A DNA stretch of 29,298 nucleotides from Okeania sp. GTDB lineage: Bacteria > Cyanobacteriota > Cyanobacteriia > Cyanobacteriales > Microcoleaceae. Location: NCBI RefSeq assembly GCF_035285525.1, contig NZ_JAYKGW010000044.1, positions 1 to 29,298 of the forward strand, written 5' to 3'. The notes under the pieces were generated by a model. It was given only the letters and a program-made list of their open reading frames with translations. It searched no databases and was not told the origin of the DNA. Each line of letters opens with the position of its first letter. Position 1 is the stretch's first letter. Below are positions 28,832-29,298 of this stretch, piece by piece. Made by a program: the position numbers and the translations under genes.

Positions 28832-29162
28832 AATTTTTATTCCTTAAAATTGCCTTTATCTAAATATTATAGTATGTATTTCATTCAAGATTTTCAATAT
28901 TTCTCCACTAAACGTTCTTGGAGCATTGCTTCAACTTCTGCATCATTTGGAGGTAGAATATCTGTTTTTCCTATACCTTGAAACTTGTCTAATAAATCAG
29001 GTGGTAACTCTCGTCGAGGACGAAGTTCTCAGTACAAATAATCTGCAATGTCTTTGAGTAATAACAGGCGATCGCTCACCGATAAATTCAAAACTTGTCT
29101 TTTTAATTCTTGTAGTTCAGACATAATTTTTATTCCTTAAAATTGCCTTTATCTAAATATTA
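28762..29162. repeat. 108-bp direct repeat pair (28762-28869 and 29055-29162), 106/108 identical
   Basis: It covers the first about 23 codons of both antitoxin copies plus 38 bp upstream of each ATG. The remaining 3' parts of the two copies are much more diverged. Confidence 0.85.
28894..29124 (-). pseudogene. Second antitoxin paralogue with an in-frame stop
   Basis: MSELQELKRQVLNLSVSDRLLLLKDIADYLY*ELRPRRELPPDLLDKFQGIGKTDILPPNDAEVEAMLQERLVEKY*. The in-frame TGA is at 29029-29031. Confidence 0.7.
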
Positions 29163-29191
29163 ATGTCTGTTGAGGAGCGATCGCTGATAAC

Positions 29192-29285
29192 GTAGGTTGG
29201 GTTGAGAAGTGCAAAACCCAACCAATACATCTTTTCAGATACATTTTGGTGTTGGGTTTCCTTTCGTCAACCCAACCTACAAACT
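29192..29285. repeat. Two GTTGGGTT/AACCCAAC hairpin repeats in opposite orientation
   Basis: GTAGGTTGGGTTGAGAAGTGCAAAACCCAACC (29192-29223) and TGTTGGGTTTCCTTTCGTCAACCCAACCTACAAACT (29250-29285). Confidence 0.8.
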
Positions 29286-29298
29286 TTTTCTTGGCTCC

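Noticed and set aside
28352-29031. In-frame TGA codons in the PIN and second antitoxin frames considered as selenocysteine, read-through or recoding signals
   Set aside because: TGA is used as a normal stop, for example by the intact antitoxin. I see no SECIS-like hairpin immediately downstream. The PIN frame also carries a frameshift, so pseudogenisation is the simpler explanation.

Overview
This is an AT-rich cyanobacterial chromosomal segment. The assignment rests on 14 copies of the HIP1 palindrome GCGATCGC, many 7/8/14-nt tandem STRR-type arrays, and an rpsL-rpsG-fusA-tuf-rpsJ operon ending in rpsJ. The repeat content looks Nostocales-like.

The content is mostly housekeeping:
- hisF
- tRNA-Ala(GGC)
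- a J-domain/TPR/membrane fusion protein
- a B12-binding radical SAM (DUF4070-type) enzyme
- a second J-domain coiled-coil protein
- a NUDIX hydrolase
- a TIGR02450-type Trp-rich protein
- a 204-aa orphan
- pheA
- a DUF1997-like protein
- a LON N-terminal-domain protein
- the str operon
- an IscA/HesB-type protein
- a cupin (mannose-6-P isomerase-like) protein
- ferredoxin-dependent glutamate synthase
- a decayed PIN/antitoxin locus

Only about 63% of the window is intact CDS by my calls. The remainder is long spacers filled with MITE-like elements, hairpin repeats and STRR arrays, plus three pseudogenes: an ankyrin-repeat gene, a PIN toxin and a duplicated antitoxin.

I do not see a convincing new multi-gene system such as a defence island, RiPP cluster or CRISPR array. 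The observations most worth follow-up are:
- the decayed TA locus with a homogenised duplicated antitoxin 5' module
- a tandem duplication that copies the pheA promoter and start codon
- an STRR array that encodes the C-terminal tail and stop codon of gltS
- the repeat-inflated str operon spacers
- two MITE-like families
- two J-domain proteins flanking the radical SAM gene

All product calls come from motif recognition in the supplied translations. No database search was run.
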